Below are positions 38,507-47,181 of a DNA stretch of 64,000 nucleotides, in pieces. The first letter of the stretch is position 1. Every line of letters begins with the position of its first letter. Origin of the DNA: an uncultured Muribaculaceae bacterium (GTDB lineage Bacteria > Bacillota_I > Bacilli_A > RF39 > UBA660); NCBI GenBank assembly GCA_964493665.1, contig CAZBOZ010000003.1, positions 1,646 to 65,645 on the forward strand, given 5' to 3'. The notes beneath the pieces were generated by a model. That model was not told where the DNA came from. It worked only from the letters and a program-made list of their open reading frames with translations, and did not search any database. The translations under genes were made by a program, and so were the position numbers.

Positions 38507-39955
38507 ATGTCATTTAAAAATATCTTGGTAACAATTTTAATAACAATCTTTGTGGCTACATTGGTGTTTTTAGTTGGATTTTCTAAAGAAACAAATTTAG
38601 AGCCAAAAGAAGTATACCAAGTTTATTTAGATGGCGAAAAAATAGGATTAATAAATGATAAAAATGAATTATATGAACTTATTAATCAAGAAGGGCAAGA
38701 TATTAAAAAAGAATATGGTGTAGATCAAGTTTATCCTCCTAATGGGTTAAAAATAACTAAATATGTTACTTATAATGAAAAAATATCAAGTGTAGAAGAA
38801 ATATATAAGAAAATAAAAACTGAAGAAACTTTTACAATTATTGCTTATACTATTACAATTAAGCCAACTAATGAAGAAGAAATAAAAATATATGTTTTAA
38901 ATGAAGAGGACTTTGAATCGGCTGTTAATTCCTTAATATATGCCTTTATTCCTAAAGAAGAATATGACAATTTTGTAAATAATACTCAATCTGAAATTGA
39001 AACAACCGGAGAGATAATAAATTCTATGTATTTTGGAGAGACAGTAACAATTAAAAAGTCATATGTTAATGCTGAAGAAAAAATTTTTACTAACTCTAGC
39101 GATTTAACTCAGTATTTATTGTTTAGTACTACTGAAAAGCAAAAAACATATATTGTTAAATCTGGTGAAGATATTGCTACTATAGCTTATGATCATCAAC
39201 TTAATACACAAGAATTTTTAATAGCTAATCCAACCTTTACTAGTGAAACTCAACTTTTATCTCCTGGTCAGATAGTTAATATTGGCCTCATAGATCCTTT
39301 AATAAGCTTATATTATTCAAAACATGTCGTTGCCGACGAAGAACTAGCTTATGAAACTGAGACTGAATATAGTGCTGGATTATCAGCAGGCACCAAATAT
39401 GTTAAACAAAATGGTGAAAACGGTATTAGTAGAAACACTCAAGATGTTCTTTATAAAGATGGAGAGATCCAATCAGTAGAATTTATTACATCGACTGAAA
39501 TAAAGCCAGCGGTTCCAAAAATAGTTGTTAGAGGATTACAAGGAACTGTAACACCAAATGATAATGGTTCATGGAAATGGCCAACTATATCACCATATAC
39601 AATAACCAGCCCTTATGGTTATCGTTGGGGGAAATTACACAAAGCAATAGATATCGCTTCTAGATTTAATTCACCAATAATGGCTATTGAAAGTGGAGTT
39701 GTTATATTTTCAGGATGGATGGGATCTGGTGGTAATGTTATTGAAATAGATCATTTAAATGGTTACTTCTCAGAGTATGCCCATCTTAATGAAAGATATG
39801 CTAAGGCTGGGGATTCAGTAAAAAGAGGAAGCGTTATAGGGACGATGGGTAAAACTGGATATGTTACTGGGACTCACCTTCATTTTAGTATCTGGATTGG
39901 AAAGCCTTGGGCAAGCGGAAGTTATACAATTAATCCCTTAAAACTATATCAATAA
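38507..39955 (+). CDS. membrane-anchored M23 family metallopeptidase with LysM-like and G5-like modules
   Basis: N-terminal TM, a LysM-like segment (YIVKSGEDIATIAYDHQLNTQEFLIANP...LSPGQIVNI) and a G5-like segment (...YVKQNGENGISRNTQDVLYKDGEI...). M23 motifs HKAIDIA and GTHLHFS. Confidence 0.75.
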   Translation: MSFKNILVTILITIFVATLVFLVGFSKETNLEPKEVYQVYLDGEKIGLINDKNELYELINQEGQDIKKEYGVDQVYPPNGLKITKYVTYNEKISSVEEIYKKIKTEETFTIIAYTITIKPTNEEEIKIYVLNEEDFESAVNSLIYAFIPKEEYDNFVNNTQSEIETTGEIINSMYFGETVTIKKSYVNAEEKIFTNSSDLTQYLLFSTTEKQKTYIVKSGEDIATIAYDHQLNTQEFLIANPTFTSETQLLSPGQIVNIGLIDPLISLYYSKHVVADEELAYETETEYSAGLSAGTKYVKQNGENGISRNTQDVLYKDGEIQSVEFITSTEIKPAVPKIVVRGLQGTVTPNDNGSWKWPTISPYTITSPYGYRWGKLHKAIDIASRFNSPIMAIESGVVIFSGWMGSGGNVIEIDHLNGYFSEYAHLNERYAKAGDSVKRGSVIGTMGKTGYVTGTHLHFSIWIGKPWASGSYTINPLKLYQ

Positions 39956-40719
39956 TGAAAGTAATAGTTTTGGCAAGTGGCTCTAAAGGCAATGCTACAT
40001 ATATAGAAACCCAAAAATATAAGATACTAATAGATTTGGGAGTAAGCGTAAAATACATAAATTTACAATTAAAAAAAATAAAAAGAACAGTAGACGATAT
40101 TGATTATGTTTTAATATCTCATCTTCATACTGACCATATAAAGTATATTGAAACCTTTGGTAAAGAAAGAAAAACGGAAATTTGTGTTACTCCTAAAATG
40201 CACAAAGAATTAAGAAAACTAAATCCGGATTTGAATTATCTTATATATGAAGGAGATTTGTTTTTTGATAATTTAAGTATTGAAATTATAAATACCAGTC
40301 ATGATAGTATAGATTCAAGGGGGTTTTTAATTACTGAAGACAAATCATCTTTAGTTTATATAACAGATACTGGTTATTTAAATCAAAAATATTTTAATAA
40401 GATAAAAAACAAAAATATGTATATAATGGAAAGCAATCATGACATTCAGATGCTAAGAGAAGGTAAATATCCCTTATGGCTTCAAAGAAGGATATTATCT
40501 TCAGAGGGACATTTATGTAATGAAGACTCATCTACTTACTTAGCAAAGCTAATTGGTAATGATACTAAAAAGGTTTTTCTAGCTCATTTAAGCGAAGAAA
40601 ATAATTGTGAAGAATTGGCTTTAGAAGCTTTTAAAGAAAAAATGCAAAGCAATGACATAAGCTTTAAAAATGTTTCTTGTGTTAAACAAAATGAAATGAG
40701 TGAAATAGTAATAATATGA
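39955..40719 (+). CDS. MBL-fold metallo-hydrolase (YycJ/WalJ-like)
   Basis: HLHTDH metallo-beta-lactamase motif. 254 aa. Followed by rlmH, as walJ...rlmH in B. subtilis. Confidence 0.8.
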   Translation: MKVIVLASGSKGNATYIETQKYKILIDLGVSVKYINLQLKKIKRTVDDIDYVLISHLHTDHIKYIETFGKERKTEICVTPKMHKELRKLNPDLNYLIYEGDLFFDNLSIEIINTSHDSIDSRGFLITEDKSSLVYITDTGYLNQKYFNKIKNKNMYIMESNHDIQMLREGKYPLWLQRRILSSEGHLCNEDSSTYLAKLIGNDTKKVFLAHLSEENNCEELALEAFKEKMQSNDISFKNVSCVKQNEMSEIVII

Positions 40720-41150
40720 TAAAAATATTGTGTGTTGGAAAAATAAAAAAAGAATATTTAAATTATTTAATAGATGATTATTTAAAAAGAATACAAAAAT
40801 ATCATAAAATAGAGATTCAGATTCTAAAAGATTCAGATATTGATACTGAAAGTAAGGATTTAATTGCTAAAATAAATAAAAAAGATTTTAATATTTTACT
40901 TGATATAAAAGGCGAAGAAATGGACTCTAAATCATTTAGTGAACTAATAAGTGATGTTTTTAATTTTAATAGTAATATAACCTTTATTATAGGTGGATCT
41001 AACGGTGTTGCAGAGAAAGTTAAAAATGTGGTTAATAAGAAAATATCTTTTTCCAAAATGACTTTTCCACATGGATTATTTAGAGGAATATTGTTAGAAC
41101 AAATATATAGAGCGTTTAAGATAAGTAATAATGAAACTTATCATAAGTGA
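40716..41150 (+). CDS. rlmH: 23S rRNA (pseudouridine1915-N3)-methyltransferase
   Basis: SPOUT fold, 144 aa. Has IGGSNGV...FPHGLFRGILLEQIYRAF. Confidence 0.85.
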   Translation: MIKILCVGKIKKEYLNYLIDDYLKRIQKYHKIEIQILKDSDIDTESKDLIAKINKKDFNILLDIKGEEMDSKSFSELISDVFNFNSNITFIIGGSNGVAEKVKNVVNKKISFSKMTFPHGLFRGILLEQIYRAFKISNNETYHK

Positions 41151-41156
41151 GGTAAA

Positions 41157-41822
41157 ATGATTGGCAATAGTTGGGATGAAAAATTAAAAGTAATTTGGGA
41201 TAGTGAGGGATTTCATAAGTTTTATGATAATGTTTTAGATATGTATAAAACAAAGCCAATATTTCCTTCTCAAAATAATATTTTTAATGCTTTAAAACTA
41301 ACACCTTATGAAAATGTAAAAGTAGTTATTATAGGCCAGGATCCGTATTTTAATCCTGGGAAAGCAGACGGTCTTTCTTTTTCGGTCCCAAATGATTTTC
41401 CTTTACCCCCATCTTTGCAAAATATTTATAAAGAGTTAGAAACAGATCTTAATATAAAACCATTTAAATCTGGTAATTTAACGAAATGGGCCAAAGAAGG
41501 GGTTCTTCTTTTAAATGCTATTTTGACTGTCGAAAAAGATAAACCGGCCAGTCATAAAAATATTGGCTGGGAATTATTGACAGATTATATAATTAAATTG
41601 ATAAACCAAAAAGAAGAGCCAGTCGTTTTTATATTATGGGGTAATTTTGCTAGAGCTAAGAAAGTTTTTGTTACAAATAAAAAGCATTTGATTATTGAAT
41701 CTACTCACCCATCTCCATTTGCATGCCATAATGGCTTCTTTGGTAGTAAACCTTTTTCTAAAACAAATGCTTTTTTAATAAAAAACCATTTAAATCCAAT
41801 AGACTGGGATTTATCAAAATAA
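41157..41822 (+). CDS. ung: uracil-DNA glycosylase
   Basis: Family 1 motifs GQDPY and HPSP. Confidence 0.93.
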   Translation: MIGNSWDEKLKVIWDSEGFHKFYDNVLDMYKTKPIFPSQNNIFNALKLTPYENVKVVIIGQDPYFNPGKADGLSFSVPNDFPLPPSLQNIYKELETDLNIKPFKSGNLTKWAKEGVLLLNAILTVEKDKPASHKNIGWELLTDYIIKLINQKEEPVVFILWGNFARAKKVFVTNKKHLIIESTHPSPFACHNGFFGSKPFSKTNAFLIKNHLNPIDWDLSK

Positions 41823-42365
41823 TTATAATTTAAAATCGTTTATATCATCGTCATTTAAGTTTTTTCCATCAAAATATGGTCTAATTTTAACGTTATGAAT
41901 TCTAGCCACAATGATTGCTGGGAAAGTTCTTACTAACTCGTTTAACTTAGAAGTATTCATATTAAAATAAGCCTTAGCAGCTTCTAGTTTTTCTTCACTA
42001 GTTTTTAAATTTAAATCTACTTCTTTTAGATCATTACTATCTTCTAATTTCCTATTATCATTTTTAAGTGTTTCGTATAAAGAAATACTTTCAGTAATTT
42101 TTCGATCCATATCAAAATTACTAATTTTTTTATTTTTAAGACTTTCTAAATCTTTAAAATATTCTTTATTTAAATCTTTAAAAATTATTTCACTAGCTTT
42201 TAGCATTTGGTCATATCTAAATCTTAATTTATCATCGATAATGGTCTCAGCTTCATCAATCCTAATCTTTATTTTTTGGATTTTGTTATAAATAATTAAA
42301 TAAAGAATGGCTATGATGCCAAAAAACACAATTAAACTTAAAAATAAATAGAAAACTAAATCCAT
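41823..42365 (-). CDS. lemA: LemA family membrane protein
   Basis: N-terminal TM then LemA-like helices (YN.IQ...IRIDEA...; AKAYFNMNTSKLNELVRTFPAIIVA). The only minus-strand gene right of oriC. Confidence 0.75.
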   Translation of the reverse strand: MDLVFYLFLSLIVFFGIIAILYLIIYNKIQKIKIRIDEAETIIDDKLRFRYDQMLKASEIIFKDLNKEYFKDLESLKNKKISNFDMDRKITESISLYETLKNDNRKLEDSNDLKEVDLNLKTSEEKLEAAKAYFNMNTSKLNELVRTFPAIIVARIHNVKIRPYFDGKNLNDDDINDFKL

Positions 42366-42470
42366 GTTTAAACCTTCTTACCATAAAAATTATAACATAA
42401 AATAAATTACAATTATAGTTTTAATTTATTTTTAAAATATAGTATAATCTTAATAGTAGGAGTATTAATA

Positions 42471-43334
42471 ATGAAAAAAAAGAGAAGATTATTGTTTAGA
42501 TCATTTTTGTTTTTGGTAGGAATATTTTTAGTAACTTTAAATTATAATATGTTTTTATTACCTAATAACTTGGTTATTGGTGGAGTATCAGGATTAGCTA
42601 TAATATTAAAAAAAATATTGTATGTTGATCCAGTATTATTTATTTATTTAGTTAATACTTTGTTACTGTTAGTAAGTTTCTTTGTTCTAGGATGGAAAAA
42701 GACATCTAAATCAGTTATTGGATCTCTTTTATTTCCATTTTTCATTACTCTGACAGCTCCTTTAGCTACAAAATTAAACATTCAGTTTGAAAGTGATATA
42801 ATAATGGTTCTAATATCAGGATTGATGTTAGGTGTTGGTAGTGGGTTAATATATAAGACGGGATTTACTACTGGTGGCACAGATATTTTAGGCCAAATAT
42901 TTGGCGAAAGGAAAAAACTTTCTTTTGGTACCATAATGCTTATTATAAACGCTTCAATTGTTTTAGGTGGTGGATACTTCTTTGGTTATGAAAAAGTTGT
43001 TTATGCCATTATGATTTTATTCTTAAATTCAACTATAGTAGATAGAATCCTTTTAGGAATATCGGATAGTAAAATGTTCTTTATATATACTAAAAAAATA
43101 AAGTCTATTAAAAAGTATATTATTGAAGATATGAATGCTGGAATTACCGTTTTAAATATTGAAGGTGGGTATTCGTCTGAAAAAGCTAAAATGCTAATGT
43201 GTGTTGTAAGAACTAGAGATTATTTTTTATTTAAAGAAACTATTTTAGAGATAGACCCTAACGCCTTTATGGTTATAAATGATTGTTATGAGGTAATGGG
43301 CGGTGTAAAGAGAGCTTCTTTGCCTTTCTTATAG
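42471..43334 (+). CDS. YitT family membrane protein (DUF2179 C-terminal domain)
   Basis: Multi-TM N-terminal half with GGTD, and a C-terminal DUF2179-like segment (AGITVLNIEGGYS...MLMCVV). Confidence 0.75.
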   Translation: MKKKRRLLFRSFLFLVGIFLVTLNYNMFLLPNNLVIGGVSGLAIILKKILYVDPVLFIYLVNTLLLLVSFFVLGWKKTSKSVIGSLLFPFFITLTAPLATKLNIQFESDIIMVLISGLMLGVGSGLIYKTGFTTGGTDILGQIFGERKKLSFGTIMLIINASIVLGGGYFFGYEKVVYAIMILFLNSTIVDRILLGISDSKMFFIYTKKIKSIKKYIIEDMNAGITVLNIEGGYSSEKAKMLMCVVRTRDYFLFKETILEIDPNAFMVINDCYEVMGGVKRASLPFL

Positions 43335-43374
43335 TAGGCATTTAATGATATAATCTTATTAAGGTGGTATAGTA

Positions 43375-44076
43375 GTGAAACTTATTGAAATCAAGAATTG
43401 TTATAAAATATACAAAAACGGTGTAACTGCCTTGGCCAATTTCAACTTAGAAATTGAAAAAGGGGAATTTGTATTTGTAATCGGAGCAAGTGGAAGCGGC
43501 AAATCTTCCTTAATTAAAATGCTATATAGAGAAGAAAAACCAACAAAAGGGGAAGTTATAGTTGGTGGTGTCAATGTTGCTAGATTAAGAAACCGAAAAG
43601 TTTATAAATTTAGAAGGAAAATTGGAATAGTTTTCCAAGATTTTAAATTGCTTCCTAAATTAACAGTATACGAAAACGTTTCTTTTGGGTTGGAAAATAT
43701 AGGCATGAAAGAAACTGAAATAAAAGAAAAAGTCAACAAAGCTTTAGTAAGAGTTGGTCTAAAAGAAAAAACTCGCTGTTTTCCAAACCAATTGTCAGGC
43801 GGAGAGCAACAAAGAGTTTGCATAGCGAGAGCAATAGTTAACGAACCGAAAATTTTAATATGCGATGAACCTACTGGGAATTTAGATCCCGAATTATCTA
43901 AAGAAATAGTTGATATAATTGATGATATTAATAAAAGTATGGGTACAACTATTATAATGGCTACTCACGATAAAGAAATAGTTAATAAAATGAAGAAAAG
44001 AGTAATTTTAATTGAGAATGGTATCCTAACAGGTGACTATCTGAAAGGAAGGTACAAAGCTCATGAAAATATTTAG
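43375..44076 (+). CDS. ftsE: cell division ATP-binding protein FtsE
   Basis: GTG start after AAGGTGG. Intact Walker A (GASGSGKSS), signature LSGGEQQR and Walker B (ILICDEPTGNLD). Confidence 0.92.
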   Translation: MKLIEIKNCYKIYKNGVTALANFNLEIEKGEFVFVIGASGSGKSSLIKMLYREEKPTKGEVIVGGVNVARLRNRKVYKFRRKIGIVFQDFKLLPKLTVYENVSFGLENIGMKETEIKEKVNKALVRVGLKEKTRCFPNQLSGGEQQRVCIARAIVNEPKILICDEPTGNLDPELSKEIVDIIDDINKSMGTTIIMATHDKEIVNKMKKRVILIENGILTGDYLKGRYKAHENI

Positions 44077-44968
44077 AATATTAAAAAGTAATATAAAAGA
44101 TGCCTTTAGGAGTGTTTTTCGAAACTTTAGTTTAAGTTTTGCTTCTATTACGTGTACTACTATTACTTTAATATTAGTTTCAGTAGCTATTATTCTTTCG
44201 GCTAATGTAAATTCATTTACTAAAGACTTAGAAGCAGATTTAACAATCGTAGTATTTATGGATAGAGATTCTACTGTAGAAGAGGCAGATAGCCTAGCTG
44301 ATATCTTAAAAAGTAAAAATAATGTAATTGCTTCAGAAGTGGTTTTTAAAACTAAAGAAGAAGTAAAAGAAGATATGCAAAATGAATCGTCAGTTTTTAA
44401 TTCTATAATGGCTTCCTGGACTGAAGAAGAAAATCCCTTGCAAAATGAATTTCTAATAAAAGTATTAGATGTTAGGAAAATAAGCGATACTGCCAAAGAA
44501 ATAGCTGAACTTCCAAAAGTTGATACAGTTAAATATGGTGAAGAAATGGTTGATAAATTAGTTATGGTTTTTGGAGCTGTAAAACAAGCTTCAATCTTAA
44601 TAGTTGCTTCACTTATTTTGGTAACAGCATTTCTAATTAGCAATACTATAAAACTAACTATTATATCTCGTAAGACAGAAATTGAAATAATGAGGCTTAT
44701 TGGTACCAGTAACTTAGTGATAAAGCTTCCCTTCTTAATAGAAGGATTCGTTCTTGGAATAATTGGTTCTATAATACCTATAATATTTACAATATATGGA
44801 TATATAATTATGTACGACAAATTAGGCGGATATTTGCTTTCTAAAATTATTAAGTTAATTAATCCTAATTATTTCATTTTCTATGTTTCTTTAATACTTC
44901 TAGCTATTGGCAGCGTTGTAGGCATAATAGGTAGTTACCGAGCAGTTAGGAAATATTTAAAAGTATGA
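44063..44968 (+). CDS. ftsX: cell division permease-like protein FtsX
   Basis: 301 aa. TM1, an extracellular loop domain, then three TMs with the FtsX-type RKTEIEIMRLIG motif. Overlaps ftsE. Confidence 0.9.
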   Translation: MKIFRILKSNIKDAFRSVFRNFSLSFASITCTTITLILVSVAIILSANVNSFTKDLEADLTIVVFMDRDSTVEEADSLADILKSKNNVIASEVVFKTKEEVKEDMQNESSVFNSIMASWTEEENPLQNEFLIKVLDVRKISDTAKEIAELPKVDTVKYGEEMVDKLVMVFGAVKQASILIVASLILVTAFLISNTIKLTIISRKTEIEIMRLIGTSNLVIKLPFLIEGFVLGIIGSIIPIIFTIYGYIIMYDKLGGYLLSKIIKLINPNYFIFYVSLILLAIGSVVGIIGSYRAVRKYLKV

Positions 44969-46185
44969 AAAAAACAATAAAATATATTTCATTTCTAACG
45001 TTGTTTATCGCTATTTTATTATCGATGTTTCTTAATCCGACATCTACTTTTGGAGCAGCCAAAGAAGCGGACACTATATTAGATTTAAAAGATCAATTAG
45101 CGGCTTTAAAACAAGAAAAGAAAGATAATGAAAATTCCAAGAGTCAGACAACTTCTCAAATTAATTCTAAAAAAACTGCTATATATAATGCTTATAAAGA
45201 ACAAGAAGAAATAGAAGTTCAAGTTTTAGAAGCTGAGAATAAAATAGTTGAAAGTAACGAAGAAATAACTAAATCTAAAAAAGAAATAGATGAATTATTA
45301 AGATTTTTACAACTATCTAATGGCGATAGTGCTTACCTAGAATATATTTCTGGAGCTTCTAGTACTACTGATTTGATAATGAGGACAGCTATAGTTGAAC
45401 AACTTTCTTCTTATAATAAAGAAGTAGTTCAAAACATGGAAGCTTTAATAGCTGAAAATGAACAATTAAAGCTTGATTTAGAGGCGAGAAGTTTAGAACT
45501 TGAAAATATGAAAGAACAGTATAATCAAGCTATAAAAAGTCTTGGTAATAGACTTTCAGAGCTAAATGAATTAAATGAAGATATAGATGATCAAATTAAA
45601 AACCAAGAAGCCTTAATAGATTACTACAAAACTGTTTGTGATAGCGAAACTCAAAAATTAAGTGATTGTGTTAAAATTGGTTCAGCAACTGGCTTTATAA
45701 GACCAACAGTTAAAGGCAGAATAACTAGTTATTGGGGATACAGAACAAGTCCTTTAACAGGAAGAATATCTTTTCATAATGCCATTGATATTGGTGGTAA
45801 TAAAGAAGGAACTCCAGTTTATGCAGCAGCCTTAGGTATGGTGGCAGCTATTACTAAAAAATCTAGTTGTGGCGGAAATGTTATTTATATTCATCATAAT
45901 GTTTTAGGTAAGGCCTATACTACCCAGTATGCTCACTTGCTTACCTATAATGTCAAAGTAGGCGATATAGTATCAGCTGGGGATCAGATTGGTACTGTAG
46001 GTGGTGGATCTAAATCAACCTGGGATCATTGTTCTACAGGAGCTCATCTTCATTTCGGCATATCTACTGGCCATTACTTAGGGGCTGGAATAAGTGGATA
46101 TTCTTCATGGAGTAAATTTATTGCCAGTAGTGTTAATCCAATGAAATATTTGCCTTCAGAGGCCAAATGGAGCACTAGGTATTAA
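44965..46185 (+). CDS. secreted coiled-coil M23 peptidoglycan hydrolase (PcsB/EnvC-type FtsEX partner)
   Basis: ATGA overlap with the ftsX stop. Signal peptide, a coiled coil of about 200 aa, then an M23 domain with intact HNAIDIG and GAHLHFG. Confidence 0.8.
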   Translation: MKKTIKYISFLTLFIAILLSMFLNPTSTFGAAKEADTILDLKDQLAALKQEKKDNENSKSQTTSQINSKKTAIYNAYKEQEEIEVQVLEAENKIVESNEEITKSKKEIDELLRFLQLSNGDSAYLEYISGASSTTDLIMRTAIVEQLSSYNKEVVQNMEALIAENEQLKLDLEARSLELENMKEQYNQAIKSLGNRLSELNELNEDIDDQIKNQEALIDYYKTVCDSETQKLSDCVKIGSATGFIRPTVKGRITSYWGYRTSPLTGRISFHNAIDIGGNKEGTPVYAAALGMVAAITKKSSCGGNVIYIHHNVLGKAYTTQYAHLLTYNVKVGDIVSAGDQIGTVGGGSKSTWDHCSTGAHLHFGISTGHYLGAGISGYSSWSKFIASSVNPMKYLPSEAKWSTRY

Positions 46186-46204
46186 GCACGAAAGTGCTTT
46201 TTTA
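46184..46204 (+). terminator. intrinsic terminator (AAGCAC-GAAA-GTGCTT + T5)
   Basis: GNRA-looped hairpin immediately after the stop codon, followed by TTTTT. Confidence 0.7.
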
Positions 46205-46230
46205 TGTTATACTAAATAGCGGAGATAAAT

Positions 46231-47127
46231 ATGACATTTACCACAAAAGTAAAAGAAGAATTAGCTTTAATAGATCTTGAACCAATAGAAGCAAGAATTT
46301 TTTTGGCAGCATATTTAAATGTAACGGGTAAGATAAATAAAAATAGTATAATTTTTGTAATTGAAAACGCCAAGGTAGCAAGAAGAATATATAAAATAAT
46401 TAAAGAAACATATAATATAAATATAAATATAATAATCAGAACTCAAAAGCGTTTTAGAATAAAACAAATATATATATTAAAAACAGTTCAAAAAATAAAC
46501 ATAATATTAAATGATTTAAAAACTGTTAAAGATAATTTAGTTTCTAATGAAGAAAAAATTGCTTATTTAAAAGGAGCCTTTTTAGGATCTGGCAATATAA
46601 GTGATCCTTCTACTAGTGGTTACCATTTTGAGATACTAACTAATAAAAAATCAGAAGCAGCATTTATAAATAATTTATTTTTGTTTTTTAATTTAACAAG
46701 TAAGATAATTATCAGAGATAATGGGTACATGATATATATAAAATCCTCAGAAAATATTAGTGACATTTTAAAGATGTTTGGAGCTATAAATGAGTTGTTT
46801 TATTTTGAAGATGTTAGAATATATAAAGATCATAAAAACATGGTTAATAGGCTTAATAATTGCGAGCTAGCTAATCAAGAAAAAACTATTAATACCGGTC
46901 TTAAACAAATGGAAAATATAAAATACTTACAGAAGAACAAATTATTAGATTTATTAGATGTTAAAACTAAAGAAGTTATTAAATATCGTTTGTTATATCC
47001 AGAAACATCTTACGAAGAGCTTGCTAATATTATAAGCTTAGAAACTGAAAAAAAAGTTTCTAAATCATATGTTAACCATCATTTTATAAAAATGAATGAA
47101 TTATTAAAAAAGCATCAAAAAGATTAA
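46231..47127 (+). CDS. whiA: DNA-binding sporulation/cell-division regulator WhiA
   Basis: 298 aa. Begins FTTKVKEEL, has a degenerate LAGLIDADG region (LKGAFLGSGNISDP) and a C-terminal HTH (YEELANIISLE...SKSYVNHHF). Confidence 0.88.
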   Translation: MTFTTKVKEELALIDLEPIEARIFLAAYLNVTGKINKNSIIFVIENAKVARRIYKIIKETYNININIIIRTQKRFRIKQIYILKTVQKINIILNDLKTVKDNLVSNEEKIAYLKGAFLGSGNISDPSTSGYHFEILTNKKSEAAFINNLFLFFNLTSKIIIRDNGYMIYIKSSENISDILKMFGAINELFYFEDVRIYKDHKNMVNRLNNCELANQEKTINTGLKQMENIKYLQKNKLLDLLDVKTKEVIKYRLLYPETSYEELANIISLETEKKVSKSYVNHHFIKMNELLKKHQKD

Positions 47128-47181
47128 TTGAAATAATACTATATATTTAGTATAATTACTTATAGAATAAGAGGGATAACA

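Noticed and set aside
44026-44820. 264-aa minus-strand ORF antisense to ftsX
   Set aside because: It lies entirely within the well-supported ftsX/ftsE coding region. Its translation is low-complexity (S/I/T/L-rich) with no recognisable motifs and no RBS context. It is a typical antisense shadow ORF of an AT-rich gene.
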